Assembly: GCF_004330295.1 (NCBI RefSeq)
Contig: NZ_SJOJ01000017.1
Location: 7,284 to 31,283 of the forward strand
Direction of reading: 5' to 3'
DNA: 24,000 nt
Origin: Rahnella victoriana
GTDB lineage: Bacteria > Pseudomonadota > Gammaproteobacteria > Enterobacterales > Enterobacteriaceae
Part shown: piece by piece, positions 15,083 to 24,000 of the stretch
Layout: each line of letters opens with the position of its first letter
Numbering within the stretch: the stretch's first letter is position 1
Notes under the pieces: generated by a model
What the model was told of the DNA's origin: nothing
Seen by the model: the letters and a program-made list of their open reading frames with translations, nothing else
Databases searched by the model: none
Translations under genes and position numbers: made by a program

Positions 15083-17728
15083 ATGAACGAACAATATTCC
15101 GCAATGCGAAGTAATGTCAGTACCTTAGGTAAATTGCTGGGCGACACGATCAAAGATACGTTGGGAGAACATATCCTGGATCGTGTTGAGAAAATCCGTA
15201 AGCTGTCGAAATCCTCCCGCGCCGGAAACGAAGCGGATCGACAGGAGTTGCTGTCAACGCTGCAAAATCTCTCTAATGATGAGCTGCTGCCTGTTGCCCG
15301 TGCTTTTAGCCAGTTTCTGAACTTAGCCAACGTGGCTGAGCAATATCACAGCATTTCGCCGCACGGCGAAGCCGCCAGCAATCCTGAAGCGCTGGCCCAA
15401 TTGTTCGATCGCCTGAAATCCAAAAATCTCTCTGACCAGCAGTTACGTGATGCCGTTGACCAGCTTTCTATCGAACTGGTGCTGACCGCGCACCCGACAG
15501 AAATTGCCCGCCGCACGCTGATCCACAAACTGGTGGAAGTGAATAACTGCCTCAAACAACTCGACCATAACGATCTGGCCGATTACGAGCGCAAACAAAT
15601 CATGCGCCGCCTGCGCCAGTTGATCGCGCAGTCATGGCATACCGATGAAATCCGCAAAAACCGCCCTTCTCCGGTGGATGAAGCCAAATGGGGTTTTGCC
15701 GTTGTCGAAAACAGCCTGTGGGAAGGCGTGCCTGCTTTCCTGCGTGAACTGAACGAACAACTGGAATCCTCGCTGGATTACAAAATGCCGGTGGAAGCCG
15801 TGCCGGTGCGCTTCACGTCCTGGATGGGTGGTGACCGCGACGGTAACCCGAACGTCACCGCCGACATCACCCGTCACGTACTTTTACTGAGCCGCTGGAA
15901 AGCGACTGACCTGTTCCTGCGCGATGTCGCGGTACTGGTGTCAGAACTGTCGATGACCGAATGCACGCCGGAACTGCGCGAACTGGCTGGCGGTGCGGAC
16001 ATCATCGAACCTTACCGTGAAATCATGAAACAGCTGCGTTCACAGCTGACCAATACTCAGGTGTATCTGGAAGCCCGTCTGAAAGGCGAACGCGTCGCGC
16101 GTCCTCACGATTTGCTGGTGAAAAATGACCAGCTGTGGGCACCGCTTTACGCCTGTTACCAGTCACTGCAAGCCTGCAACATGGGCATTATCGCCAACGG
16201 TCAGTTGCTGGATACCCTGCGCCGCGTGCGTTGCTTCGGCGTGCCGCTGGTGCGTATCGATGTGCGTCAGGAAAGTACCCGCCACACCGATGCTATCGCC
16301 GAAATCACCCGCTATCTTGGTCTGGGTGATTACGAAAGCTGGTCAGAATCCGACAAACAGGCTTTCCTGATCCGCGAACTGAATTCAAAACGTCCGCTGG
16401 TGCCACGTCACTGGGAACCGAGCGCCGACACCAAAGAAGTGCTCGATACCTGTCAGGTGATCGCCGAAGCGCCGGAAGGCTCGATCGCGGCGTATGTCAT
16501 TTCGATGGCGCGTACGCCGTCTGACGTGCTGGCCGTCCATCTGCTGCTGAAAGAAGCCGGTTGCCCGTTCCCGATGCCGGTCGCACCACTGTTCGAAACG
16601 CTCGACGACCTGAACAACGCCGACGATGTGATGAAGCAATTGCTGAGCATCGACTGGTACCGTGGTTTCATTCAGGGCAAACAGATGGTGATGATTGGCT
16701 ATTCCGACTCCGCAAAAGACGCGGGCGTGATGGCGGCATCCTGGGCGCAATACCGTGCACAGGACGCCCTGATCAAAACCTGCGAGAAAGCGGGCATTGC
16801 CCTGACACTGTTCCACGGACGCGGCGGTTCGATTGGCCGTGGCGGCGCACCGGCGCAAGCTGCGCTGCTGTCTCAGCCTCCGGGCAGCCTGAAAGGCGGC
16901 CTGCGCGTCACCGAACAGGGCGAAATGATCCGCTTCAAATTCGGTCTGCCGGAAGTGACCATCAGCAGTCTGGCGCTGTACACCTCCGCCATTCTGGAAG
17001 CCAACCTGTTGCCGCCGCCTGAGCCGAAAAAAGCCTGGGTGGACATCATGGAACAGCTGTCTGACGTGTCCTGCAAAATGTACCGTGGCTACATCCGTGA
17101 GAATAAAGACTTTGTGCCTTACTTCCGCGCGGCCACGCCGGAGCAGGAACTGGCGAAACTGCCACTCGGCTCCCGTCCGGCGAAACGTAAAGCCAGCGGT
17201 GGCGTCGAAAGCCTGCGTGCTATTCCGTGGATTTTCGCGTGGACGCAAAACCGTCTGATGCTGCCTGCCTGGCTGGGCGCGGGTGCCGGTTTACAAGCGG
17301 TAGTAGATGATGGAAAACGCGACGAGCTGGAAACCATGTGCCGGGACTGGCCGTTCTTCTCCACCCGTATCGGCATGCTGGAAATGGTGTTCGCGAAAGC
17401 GGACCTGTGGCTGGCGGAATACTACGATCACCGTCTGGTCGGGAAAGAATTGTGGCCGCTGGGTCAGCAATTGCGTGACCAGCTGGCAAGCGACATCAAA
17501 GTGATCCTGGCGATTTCTAACGACGATCACCTGATGGAAGATTTGCCGTGGATTGCGGAATCTATCGCACTGCGTAATGTCTATACCGACCCGCTTAACG
17601 TGTTGCAGGCTGAATTGCTGCACCGTTCCCGCGAACTGGAACAGGACGGTAAGCAGGATGCCAACGTAGAGCAGGCGCTGATGGTGACGATCGCCGGCGT
17701 GGCAGCAGGTATGCGCAATACCGGCTAG
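15083..17728 (+). CDS. ppc: Phosphoenolpyruvate carboxylase
   Basis: [42 protein letters not shown]..., VLTAHPTE, the [14 protein letters not shown] active-site loop, and the C-terminal [11 protein letters not shown]. 881 aa against 883 in E. coli. Confidence 0.98.
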   Translation: MNEQYSAMRSNVSTLGKLLGDTIKDTLGEHILDRVEKIRKLSKSSRAGNEADRQELLSTLQNLSNDELLPVARAFSQFLNLANVAEQYHSISPHGEAASNPEALAQLFDRLKSKNLSDQQLRDAVDQLSIELVLTAHPTEIARRTLIHKLVEVNNCLKQLDHNDLADYERKQIMRRLRQLIAQSWHTDEIRKNRPSPVDEAKWGFAVVENSLWEGVPAFLRELNEQLESSLDYKMPVEAVPVRFTSWMGGDRDGNPNVTADITRHVLLLSRWKATDLFLRDVAVLVSELSMTECTPELRELAGGADIIEPYREIMKQLRSQLTNTQVYLEARLKGERVARPHDLLVKNDQLWAPLYACYQSLQACNMGIIANGQLLDTLRRVRCFGVPLVRIDVRQESTRHTDAIAEITRYLGLGDYESWSESDKQAFLIRELNSKRPLVPRHWEPSADTKEVLDTCQVIAEAPEGSIAAYVISMARTPSDVLAVHLLLKEAGCPFPMPVAPLFETLDDLNNADDVMKQLLSIDWYRGFIQGKQMVMIGYSDSAKDAGVMAASWAQYRAQDALIKTCEKAGIALTLFHGRGGSIGRGGAPAQAALLSQPPGSLKGGLRVTEQGEMIRFKFGLPEVTISSLALYTSAILEANLLPPPEPKKAWVDIMEQLSDVSCKMYRGYIRENKDFVPYFRAATPEQELAKLPLGSRPAKRKASGGVESLRAIPWIFAWTQNRLMLPAWLGAGAGLQAVVDDGKRDELETMCRDWPFFSTRIGMLEMVFAKADLWLAEYYDHRLVGKELWPLGQQLRDQLASDIKVILAISNDDHLMEDLPWIAESIALRNVYTDPLNVLQAELLHRSRELEQDGKQDANVEQALMVTIAGVAAGMRNTG

Positions 17729-17751
17729 TTTCCGCTGAAAAGCAGCCAAAG

Positions 17752-17778
17752 AAAAACCCGCGAATTCGCGGGTTTTTT
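17752..17778. terminator. Bidirectional rho-independent terminator shared by convergent ppc and metF
   Basis: AAAAA-CCCGCG-AATT-CGCGGG-TTTTTT is a perfect palindrome flanked by an A tract and a T tract. It lies 24 nt after the ppc stop and 26 nt after the metF stop. Confidence 0.9.
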
Positions 17779-17803
17779 GTTTTCAGGATTTAAGCAGGAA
17801 AGA

Positions 17804-18850
<1,047 letters not shown>

Positions 18851-18905
18851 TCACGCAAACTGAAAGAATTTCACGTTGGGGACGTTTTGCTGTGGGAATT
18901 CAGCT

Positions 18906-18927
18906 CCTCCCCCTGCGAAGGGGGAGG
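18906..18927. repeat. REP-like palindromic unit downstream of metL (second copy, inverted)
   Basis: CCTCCCCC-tgcgaa-GGGGGAGG. Its core is the exact reverse complement of the 10098-10117 core. It lies 64 nt after the metL stop and probably serves as the metBL terminator or stabiliser hairpin. It is followed by a further G-rich tract, CTGGGAGGGGG. Confidence 0.7.
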
Positions 18928-18990
18928 CTGGGAGGGGGTTTAGCAGACCACTCCGCTCGTTGTTCCCATGAGAAGGACAGGCGCAGGGAA

Positions 18991-21426
18991 TTACAGAAGT
19001 TGAGTAAGACGATTAAGGTCAGACTGCAATGCACCGGCGGTGACATCACGTCCTGCACCCGGCCCGCGGATCACCAGCGGGTTATCGCGATACCAGCGGC
19101 TTTCGATGGCGAACACGTTATCGCACGGCAGCAATGCGGCCAGAGGATGATCCTCACGCACAGCTTCCACGCCAACACGGGCTTTGCCGTTAGCATCGAA
19201 ACGCGCCACGTAGCGCAGTACCAGACCCATTTCGCGGGCGGCTTCCAGACGTTGCAGCATTTGCTGATTCAGCGCCTCGCCGTCTTCAAAGAACTGATCG
19301 ACAGAACCGGTCGCGCAGGCTTCCGGCACCAGCGATTCCACACGAACCTGCGTCGGCTCGATGTCGTAACCCGCTTCGCGCGCCAGGATCACCAGCTTAC
19401 GCATCACATCCTGACCGGATAAGTCATCACGCGGATCCGGCTCGGTCAGCCCCTGCTGCCATGCCAGATCCACCAGTTCGGTGAACGGTAACGTACCGTC
19501 GAATTGCAGGAACAACCATGACAAGGTGCCGGAGAAAATCCCGCTGATCGCCAGAATGCTGTCGCCGCTTTCGCGTAAATCACGCACCGTATGGTTGACC
19601 GGCAAACCGGCACCGACCGTGGCGTTATACAACCAGTGGCTGCCCGTTTTGGAAAACGCGTCGCGGATCTGACGGTATTTATGGGTATCCGATGCACCGG
19701 CCAGTTTGTTGGCGCTGATCACATGGAAACCGTAGCTGGCGAAATCGAGATACTGATCCGCCAGTTCGGCGCTGGCCGTCACATCCAGCACCACTAAATC
19801 GTCATAAGGATGCGCACGCATCCACAGGAACAGCGATTCTTCATCGTGTGCCTGCGATTCATCATCAAAGAAGGCCAGCGCGCGGCTGGCGTCCAGACCG
19901 TCGTAATTGAGCAGACTGCGCTTGCTGTCGACCACGCCGGCCAGCACAAACTCAAAACCACTGCGGGCAGAGATGTTCTTTTGCTCACGGGCGAACAGTT
20001 CGAGCCAGCGTGAACCGATGTTGCCTTTACCAAACAGCATCAGACCGATTTGCTTTTCAGCGCGGAACAGCGTTTTGTGCAGCCCCTGAATCAGGTGCGC
20101 GGTCGGGCCGATACGCAGTACGGCGACCAGACTGATGCCGTCTTCCGCCTGCCAGATAAACTCAACCGGCTGATCTTTCATTTCCTGATAGAAACGGTGG
20201 CTGTGCAGCGGATTCTTACACACGCCAGCACCGACCAGCGCCACCAGCGCCAGCCCTTCACGCAGCGTCAGACGCGCCGGCAGGGCCGCCTCTTCCAGTA
20301 CCTGTAATGCGCTGCCCGCCACTTCGGAGGTGTAGCACAGTTGCAGCAAATTACGGTCAGGATGGATGCCGGTACACAGCGGTTTGATCTGCGCACGTTT
20401 AAGCAGCAGCTCGACATCTTTTTGTGCCAGACCAAAATCGTGACCGGAAGGGATGACCATTTCGATCAGACAAATATCATCGTGGCTGGTGACAATTTTC
20501 GCGCCAGTACCGGACGCCAGCACGCGTTCAATACGCGTTGAGCCTTGTTCCGGCTGGTAGCTGCAACGCAGCTGTAAATCGATATCACTGCCGGACACCG
20601 GCTGTAACGTACGGGTGTGCAGCACCGGTGCCGCCAGACGCGCCAGCTCGCTGGCTTCATCGAGACGCAGCAACGGCAGCAAACAGGCATCTTTCACTTT
20701 ACGCGGATCGGCGCTGTACACCCCGGCCACATCGCTCCAGATGGTGACACGGCTGGCATTCGCCAGTGCACCAATTTGGGTGGCGGAATAGTCACTGCCG
20801 TTACGGCCAAGCAGCACGGTTTCACCCGCGTCGCTGCGGGCGATAAAGCCGGTCACCACCAGATATTGCTGAGGGTGTTGCGCGAGCAGTTGTTGCAGCA
20901 GCGGATACGAACGGCCTTCGTCTACCTGAGGTTGAGCGGCGCGTTCGGCACGCAGGAATTCCCGGGCATCCAGCCAGGCGGCCGGTAATTCCAGTTTGCA
21001 CAGCACGGCGGACATCAGGCGTGCAGACCAGACTTCGCCATGCCCGACCACTTCGGCGTAAATCGCATCGGTCATTTTGCCATCAAGCAAAACAGCCAGA
21101 CGTTCGAGATCATGAATAAAGGAAGCAATAAGCGGTTCGGCCATTTCCGGCGGCAACAGGCCGGTTATCAAATCACTCTGATAACGGCGCAATGCCTGCT
21201 GAACCTGATGCGCGGAAATTCTGTCTGTCTGGCTGAGCTTCAGCCAGCTGATCAGCTGGTTGGTTGTGCTGCCTGCCGCCGACACCACCATCATGTCGCC
21301 CGGTTTGGCATACTCGGCCATGATCCCGGCAACGCGCAGATAACATTTCACGTCGGCCAGACTGCTACCACCAAATTTGTGCAGCTGACGGCTTCCCGCC
21401 GGCGCTGCAACCGCTATTGCATTCAT
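18991..21426 (-). CDS. metL: Bifunctional aspartokinase II / homoserine dehydrogenase II
   Basis: ...RQLHKFGGSSLADVKCYLRVAGIMAEY...VVSAAGSTTNQLI.WLKLSQTDR... through ...VIRGPGAGRDVTAGA.QSD.NRL.QLL is collinear with E. coli MetL. 811 aa against 810. The start lies 2 nt after the metB stop. Confidence 0.97.
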   Translation of the reverse strand: MNAIAVAAPAGSRQLHKFGGSSLADVKCYLRVAGIMAEYAKPGDMMVVSAAGSTTNQLISWLKLSQTDRISAHQVQQALRRYQSDLITGLLPPEMAEPLIASFIHDLERLAVLLDGKMTDAIYAEVVGHGEVWSARLMSAVLCKLELPAAWLDAREFLRAERAAQPQVDEGRSYPLLQQLLAQHPQQYLVVTGFIARSDAGETVLLGRNGSDYSATQIGALANASRVTIWSDVAGVYSADPRKVKDACLLPLLRLDEASELARLAAPVLHTRTLQPVSGSDIDLQLRCSYQPEQGSTRIERVLASGTGAKIVTSHDDICLIEMVIPSGHDFGLAQKDVELLLKRAQIKPLCTGIHPDRNLLQLCYTSEVAGSALQVLEEAALPARLTLREGLALVALVGAGVCKNPLHSHRFYQEMKDQPVEFIWQAEDGISLVAVLRIGPTAHLIQGLHKTLFRAEKQIGLMLFGKGNIGSRWLELFAREQKNISARSGFEFVLAGVVDSKRSLLNYDGLDASRALAFFDDESQAHDEESLFLWMRAHPYDDLVVLDVTASAELADQYLDFASYGFHVISANKLAGASDTHKYRQIRDAFSKTGSHWLYNATVGAGLPVNHTVRDLRESGDSILAISGIFSGTLSWLFLQFDGTLPFTELVDLAWQQGLTEPDPRDDLSGQDVMRKLVILAREAGYDIEPTQVRVESLVPEACATGSVDQFFEDGEALNQQMLQRLEAAREMGLVLRYVARFDANGKARVGVEAVREDHPLAALLPCDNVFAIESRWYRDNPLVIRGPGAGRDVTAGALQSDLNRLTQLL

Positions 21427-21428
21427 AC

Positions 21429-22589
21429 TTACCTCGTTGCCGCTGACTGGAATGCGTGTTCCAGATCAGCAATCAAATCTTCGCTGTCTTCAAGACCTAC
21501 AGAAATACGGAGCAAGCTGTCAGAAATCCCAGCGGCTTTACGCGCTTCCGGCGCCATGCCAGCGTGCGTCATGGTCGCGGTATGAGAAATCAGGCTTTCG
21601 ACGCCCCCCAGTGATTCTGCGAGGGTAAATAACTTCAATTCTTTCAGGAAATGTCGCAGCTGAGCTTCATCTCCGTTAAATTCAAAACTGATCATGGCAC
21701 CGAAGCCACGTTGCTGGCGGCGGGCAATGTCATGGCCCTGGTTTTCCGGCAGCGACGGATGATACAGCTTTTTGACCTGCGATTGTTTCTGTAAATAAGC
21801 CACAATCGCCAGGGCATTTTCCTGCTGCTGTTTCACGCGAACCGTTAACGTGCGCAAACCGCGCAATAACAGATAGCTGTCAAACGCGGCGGCGGTCACA
21901 CCAATATTGTTCGCCCACCACGCCAGTTCTGTCGCGTGTTCTGCGGTCTTAGATATTACCGTACCGGCGACCACATCAGAATGCCCGTTCAGATATTTAG
22001 TACATGAATGGACGACTAAATCCGCGCCAAGCTGCAACGGATTCTGCAACGCCGGGCTGAGGAAGGTGTTATCCACTACCGTCAGGGCACCGGCGGCGCG
22101 TGATGCATCGCAAATCGCCTGAATATCCACCACGCGCAGCAACGGATTGCTCGGGGTTTCGATCAGCACCAGTTTCGGCTGTTCTTTCAGTGCTTCGGCC
22201 AGCGCCTGCGGGTCGCCCTGATCGACAAACAGCACGCGATACGCGCCGCGTTTGCTCAGGCTGTCGAACAGACGGTAGCTGCCGCCGTAGCAATCGTGCG
22301 GGGCCACCAGTAAATCGCCAGGTTTCAGAAAGACCGTACACACCAGATGAATGGCAGACATACCGCTGCTGGTCAGTACCGCACCGGCACCGCCTTCCAG
22401 ATCCGCCAGCGCGCGCTGAACCACATCACGCGACGGGTTACCGCGACGTGAATAGTCGTGCGCTCTTGGCTGGTTGAAATCTTCAAAGTTGTAGGTGCTT
22501 GAAAGGTAGATAGGCGGAACTACACAACCATATTGCTGATCATTGTTCAGGCCACTGCCTACGGCAATGGTGGCTTGCTTGTGCGTCAT
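21429..22589 (-). CDS. metB: Cystathionine gamma-synthase (PLP-dependent)
   Basis: MT.KQATIAV.SGLN.D.QYGCVVPPI.LSSTYNF..FN.PRAHDYSRRGNP.RDVVQRALA.LEGGAGAV and the PLP-Lys context HSCTKYLNGHSDV. 386 aa, as in E. coli MetB. Confidence 0.97.
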   Translation of the reverse strand: MTHKQATIAVGSGLNNDQQYGCVVPPIYLSSTYNFEDFNQPRAHDYSRRGNPSRDVVQRALADLEGGAGAVLTSSGMSAIHLVCTVFLKPGDLLVAPHDCYGGSYRLFDSLSKRGAYRVLFVDQGDPQALAEALKEQPKLVLIETPSNPLLRVVDIQAICDASRAAGALTVVDNTFLSPALQNPLQLGADLVVHSCTKYLNGHSDVVAGTVISKTAEHATELAWWANNIGVTAAAFDSYLLLRGLRTLTVRVKQQQENALAIVAYLQKQSQVKKLYHPSLPENQGHDIARRQQRGFGAMISFEFNGDEAQLRHFLKELKLFTLAESLGGVESLISHTATMTHAGMAPEARKAAGISDSLLRISVGLEDSEDLIADLEHAFQSAATR

Positions 22590-22650
22590 AATCGTTTCTT
22601 CCTGACGAAATGCGAAAGATGAGGATGTAAAGAGTAACGCCCGGAGTTAT

Positions 22651-22682
22651 AGACGTCAATACATCTGGACATCTAAACTTCT
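22651..22682. promoter_or_regulatory. MetJ operator (four tandem met boxes) in the metB-metJ divergent control region
   Basis: Contiguous 8-mers AGACGTCA, ATACATCT, GGACATCT and AAACTTCT score 7/8, 6/8, 6/8 and 6/8 against AGACGTCT. They lie 62-93 bp upstream of the metB ATG. Confidence 0.8.
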
Positions 22683-22919
22683 TTGCGTATAGATTGAGCA
22701 ACAGAGCAATACCCGCTAAAATTATGGCGTTAATGAAGATGTCAGGCAGAACTGTCGCGCCGGAATAGTTAAGCGCAAGGTGACAAAATGAACAATGCCG
22801 CAGGGAAAATCGTGAGGTATCCCTGTTAAATTCCGACATTTACTTAGTGAGAACAGTGAAAATCGGGCATAATCACGCGGTTTTCAGAATTTTATTTTTT
22901 GATAAATTTAAGGTGTCCC

Positions 22920-23237
22920 ATGGCTGAGTGGAACGGCGAATATGTCAGCCCTTACGCTGAACACGGTAAGAAAAGCGAACAAGTTAAGAAAATTACGGTA
23001 TCCATTCCGCTGAAAGTCCTCAAGATCCTCACCGATGAACGCACCCGTCGCCAGGTGAACAACCTGCGTCATGCGACCAACAGTGAATTATTGTGTGAGG
23101 CTTTCCTGCACGCCTTCACCGGTCAGCCTTTGCCGAATGACGAAGACCTGCGGAAAGAGCGCAGTGATGAAATCCCGGAAGCGGCGAAGATCCTGATGCG
23201 TGAACTGGGTGTGGATCCTGATACCTGGGAATACTGA
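22920..23237 (+). CDS. metJ: Methionine repressor MetJ
   Basis: [70 protein letters not shown] is essentially identical to E. coli MetJ (105 aa). ATG 22920 with RBS AAGGTG at 22910-22915. The track ORF starts 7 codons earlier at a non-ATG codon (TTG, 22899). Confidence 0.97.
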   Translation: MAEWNGEYVSPYAEHGKKSEQVKKITVSIPLKVLKILTDERTRRQVNNLRHATNSELLCEAFLHAFTGQPLPNDEDLRKERSDEIPEAAKILMRELGVDPDTWEY

Positions 23238-23262
23238 TCGCCGCGTCGATGGCCTGAAAAAT

Positions 23263-23289
23263 CCGTACGAACCCGTCGTGCGGCTTTTT
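23263..23289 (+). terminator. metJ rho-independent terminator
   Basis: CCGTACGA (23263-23270) pairs with TCGTGCGG (23276-23283), with one G-U pair and a 5-nt loop, followed by CTTTTTGGG. Confidence 0.75.
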
Positions 23290-23364
23290 GGGTATCTGGC
23301 GATCACCGGGGTAATGGCGATCAAAAAGAAAGATTTGTCTGGCGGGATGTCAAACGGCAGGCAA

Positions 23365-23393
23365 CAAAAAAGGCGCCAAAGGCGCCTTTTTTT
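23365..23393. terminator. Bidirectional terminator (primarily rpmE)
   Basis: AAAAAA-GGCGCC-AAA-GGCGCC-TTTTTTT. It lies 16 nt downstream of the rpmE stop on the minus strand. Confidence 0.9.
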
Positions 23394-23408
23394 GCTCTCA
23401 AGCGTAGC

Positions 23409-23621
23409 TTATTTGCTGCTTGGAACGCTGAAACGCTTGTTGAAGCGGTCAACGCGGCCACCGGTAGCCACTTCACGTTGCTTACCAGTGTAGAACGGGT
23501 GACATTCGCCACAAACGTCCAGGTTCAGATCGTGACCCACTGTTGAGTGAGTTTTGATAACGTTACCGCATGAGCAGTTAGCAGTAACTTCTACGTAATT
23601 AGGGTGAATACCTTTTTTCAT
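23409..23621 (-). CDS. rpmE: 50S ribosomal protein L31 (bL31, zinc-ribbon type A)
   Basis: [54 protein letters not shown]. 70 aa with CxC...CxxC zinc ligands. Confidence 0.98.
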   Translation of the reverse strand: MKKGIHPNYVEVTANCSCGNVIKTHSTVGHDLNLDVCGECHPFYTGKQREVATGGRVDRFNKRFSVPSSK

Positions 23622-23693
23622 GGAAAACCTCTTCTTAAGGCCGCGTCGCTATCCAACCCTGTTCTGTCAGACACCACGCGTAGTGGATGATAG

Positions 23694-24000
<307 letters not shown>

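Noticed and set aside
22540-22839. 99-aa minus-strand ORF in the metB-metJ control region with a hydrophobic stretch (INAIILAGIALLLNLYAKK).
   Set aside because: It overlaps the metB start codon and reads straight through the met-box operator and promoter region. The equivalent region is non-coding in E. coli, and the hydrophobic stretch is explained by AT-rich promoter DNA.
23297-23323. Direct repeat TGGCGATCA twice, 18 bp apart (23297-23305 and 23315-23323), each containing a GATC, between the metJ and rpmE terminators.
   Set aside because: It is short, only two copies are present, and there is no associated ORF or structure. It is compatible with chance or a remnant, so it is not reported as a feature.

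Overview
This is a chromosomal window from an enterobacterium. The proteins are close to, but not the same as, the E. coli K-12 orthologues I recall, so it is probably a non-Escherichia lineage such as Yersiniaceae; I cannot determine the genus from the sequence alone. It is a compact form of the core neighbourhood: yijD-fabR (-), sthA (+), oxyR (-), argHBC (-), argE (+), ppc (+), metF (-), metBL (-), metJ (+), rpmE (-) and the 5' end of priA (+). Regulatory sites readable by eye are an OxyR operator, tandem ARG boxes, two MetJ met-box arrays and several intrinsic terminators. The only accessory segment lies between oxyR and argH (about 3.75-10.1 kb), where E. coli K-12 has only oxyS as I recall. 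It has two parts. (1) A peroxiredoxin-glutaredoxin hybrid gene runs divergent from oxyR behind the OxyR operator, and its 3' UTR looks like an OxyS-type sRNA. (2) A LacI-family regulator precedes a tightly packed four-gene operon: PepV-like M20 dipeptidase, fructose-family PTS IIB, PTS IIC and an M24B Xaa-Pro peptidase. This operon has no IIA, EI or HPr and no sugar-phosphate catabolic enzyme. These two items are the most interesting. I found no CRISPR array, tRNA or rRNA gene, transposase, integrase, phage gene or recognisable defence system. All homology statements rest on motif recognition and my memory of reference sequences; no search was run.
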